From contig CAVWVQ010000003.1 in NCBI GenBank assembly GCA_963758525.1, positions 3,360,001-3,424,000 on the forward strand: a stretch of DNA of 64,000 bases. Reading direction: 5' to 3'. The DNA is from an uncultured Phycisphaerales bacterium (lineage in GTDB: Bacteria > Planctomycetota > Phycisphaerae > Tepidisphaerales > Tepidisphaeraceae). A program made the position numbers and the translations under genes. Each line of letters starts with the position of its first letter. Positions within the stretch are counted from its first letter, which is position 1. Positions 62,082-64,000 of the stretch are shown in pieces. The notes under the pieces are model-generated. The model was not told where the DNA came from and searched no databases. It worked only from the letters and a program-made list of their open reading frames with translations.

Positions 62082-63188
62082 ATGCAATATGGCGTAATCA
62101 TGGCGGGTGGCGCGGGCACGAGGCTTTGGCCGCTGTCGCGCGGGGTGAAGCCCAAGCAGCTTCTGTCGATCGTGCGGGGCAAAAGTCTTCTGCAGCTCAG
62201 CTACGAGCGTCTTCGCGGCATTCTGCCGGCGGAGCGCATCTACGTCTGCACCAACGCCGCCCACGGCGCCGCGGTACGGGAGAATCTGCCGGAATTACCG
62301 CCCGACAACCTGCTGGGCGAGCCCGTCGGCCGCGACACGGCCAACGCCGTGGGCTTTCCCGCGGCAATTATTTGCAAGCGCGACAAGGACGCCGTGACCG
62401 CGGTGATCACGGCCGATCATGTCATTGAACCGGTGGATGCATTTCAGGCCGCCGTCCGCACGGCATTCGACGTCGTCGCGGAGCATCCGAATTATCTGGT
62501 CACCTTCGGCATCGCTCCCACGCACGGCCACACCGGGCTGGGATACATTTTTCGTGGCGATCAGCTCAAGGTGAAAAATGCAACCGCCGGGGCGTATCGC
62601 GTTCAGGCGTTCAAGGAAAAACCGGACAAGCCGACGGCCGATCGATACGTCGAGTCGGGCCGGTATTACTGGAACAGCGGCATGTTTGTCTGGCGTGCCG
62701 ACACCGTGCTGAACGAGCTGGCGGCGGACCTTCCCGAGTCCTACAAGGGGCTGACGGCCATCGCGGACGCCTGGGATACGCCCGACCGCGACAAGGTGCT
62801 CAACGAGATTTATCCGACGCTTCCCAAGATCAGCATCGACTACGCGGTCATGGAGCCGGCCGCACAGGCGAAGGGAAAGGCGGCGGTTGCCGTCGTCGAG
62901 ATGCCGGTCCAGTGGCTCGACGTCGGTTCGTGGCCCGCGCTGGCCGAGACGCTTTCCATCGACGAGCATAGCAACGCCACCGAATGCAAGGCGCAGGTCT
63001 TCGTCGATTCGGACGACAACATCGTCATCAGCGAAGATCCGGAACACCTCATGACGCTCATCGGCATCAGCGACATGATTGTCGTTCACACCAAGGATGC
63101 GACCATGGTCTGTCCGAAGGGCGAAGCACAGCGCGTGAAGGAGCTCGTCGGGAAGGTGAAGGAAAAGTACGGGGAACGGTATTTGTGA
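62082..63188 (+). CDS. manC: Mannose-1-phosphate guanylyltransferase
   Basis: IMAGGAGTRLWPLSR..PKQLL, EPVGRDTA, FKEKPD, WNSGMF, SIDYAVME, WLDVGSW. Confidence 0.93.
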   Translation: MQYGVIMAGGAGTRLWPLSRGVKPKQLLSIVRGKSLLQLSYERLRGILPAERIYVCTNAAHGAAVRENLPELPPDNLLGEPVGRDTANAVGFPAAIICKRDKDAVTAVITADHVIEPVDAFQAAVRTAFDVVAEHPNYLVTFGIAPTHGHTGLGYIFRGDQLKVKNATAGAYRVQAFKEKPDKPTADRYVESGRYYWNSGMFVWRADTVLNELAADLPESYKGLTAIADAWDTPDRDKVLNEIYPTLPKISIDYAVMEPAAQAKGKAAVAVVEMPVQWLDVGSWPALAETLSIDEHSNATECKAQVFVDSDDNIVISEDPEHLMTLIGISDMIVVHTKDATMVCPKGEAQRVKELVGKVKEKYGERYL

Positions 63189-63403
63189 AATCCGAATGAC
63201 GAAACCCGAATCCCCGAATCAAATAATCAAATCCGAATGACGAATGACCGAATGACGAATGACAGAAGCACGAACGGTGTCGAACATCTTTCACCAAAAG
63301 TAGTAAGTCGGCGTTGTTTGAGGGACCCGGCTTCGGGTTTGATTCTGGTTTCGAGCTTCGTCATTCGGGCTTGATTCTGGTTTCGGGTTTCGTCATTCTG
63401 ATT
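63188..63403. repeat. GAATGAC-heptamer hairpin element without ORF
   Basis: aaatccgaatgacgaaacccgaatccccgaatcaa...gaatgacgaatgaccgaatgacgaatgac / ttgattctggtttcgggtttcgtcattctgattt. Confidence 0.88.
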
Positions 63404-63408
63404 TTCCC

Positions 63409-63852
63409 GTGATGAGAACCTTAGCCGTCGATTTGGGAACGCGACGCGTTGGCCTCGCGTTAAGCGACGACGGCGGGAAGTTCGCTTCCCCGTACGATGT
63501 CCTGACAATCACCAATCCGGACCAGGCTATCGAGCAAGTGCAGCGGGTGGTCGACGCAGAGTCCGTCGAGCGGCTGGTGGTTGGCGTTCCGCTGAACATG
63601 GACGATTCAACAGGCTCGCAGGCTCGGCGAGCCGTCGAGTGGGGGAGGCGGTTGAGTTCTCGGACGTCCCTCCCGCTGATCCTCATCGACGAGCGGCTCA
63701 GCTCATTTGCGGCCGAGCAGCAGTTGATCGATCGCAAGAGATCCGGCGAGAAGCTCACGCGGGCACGAAAAAAGAAACAGCTCGATGCGTTGGCGGCTGC
63801 CGCGTTCCTGCAGCAGTTTTTGGACGGAACACTCGTGCCGCTCGACCTTTAG
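63409..63852 (+). CDS. ruvX: YqgF/RuvX RNase H-fold nuclease
   Basis: LAVDLGTRRVGLALSD, VVGVPLNMD, IDERLSS, DALAAAAFLQ. Confidence 0.93.
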   Translation: MMRTLAVDLGTRRVGLALSDDGGKFASPYDVLTITNPDQAIEQVQRVVDAESVERLVVGVPLNMDDSTGSQARRAVEWGRRLSSRTSLPLILIDERLSSFAAEQQLIDRKRSGEKLTRARKKKQLDALAAAAFLQQFLDGTLVPLDL

Positions 63853-64000
63853 CTGCTTTCGTCGACATATCGTTGGGTTTCGATTGGTATTTGACGAACT
63901 ACCGAATCCTTAACAACGTAAGTCGTTTCAGCATGATGATGACGTGTCTGGAGACCGACGCTTGCCTCCCGCAATACCTGGCAGGGGGGCTGTCCCAATT

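Overview
A GC-rich bacterial chromosomal window. The gene families present (PQQ-like beta-propellers, Uma2 paralogues, an N-terminally extended sigma-70, the small ORF upstream of xerC) suggest Planctomycetota, possibly Phycisphaerae; this is inference. Housekeeping genes include hflX, yggS, atpC, greA, dnaE, polX, xerC, mdh, lepA, pgl, pgi, manC and ruvX, plus LPS genes. About 14 genes carry single-indel frameshifts that look like long-read errors. No rRNA, tRNA, CRISPR array or transposase was seen. Four things stand out. (1) Intergenic hairpin elements are built from inverted arms of 7-8 nt repeats. One holds a four-helix-bundle (23S-IVS/Avd-like) gene in the loop of a 59-bp inverted repeat, and another sits in frame inside a gene. 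(2) A five-gene minus-strand cluster joins a GriC/EhpF-like adenylating enzyme and a GriD/EhpG-like reductase with a PaaK-like ligase and two secreted PQQ-like propellers, with no phenazine or grixazone genes in the window. (3) There are two MITE families, one with perfect 8-bp target duplications and a REP cargo. (4) A tandem pair of trypsin-fold proteins lacks the catalytic residues.
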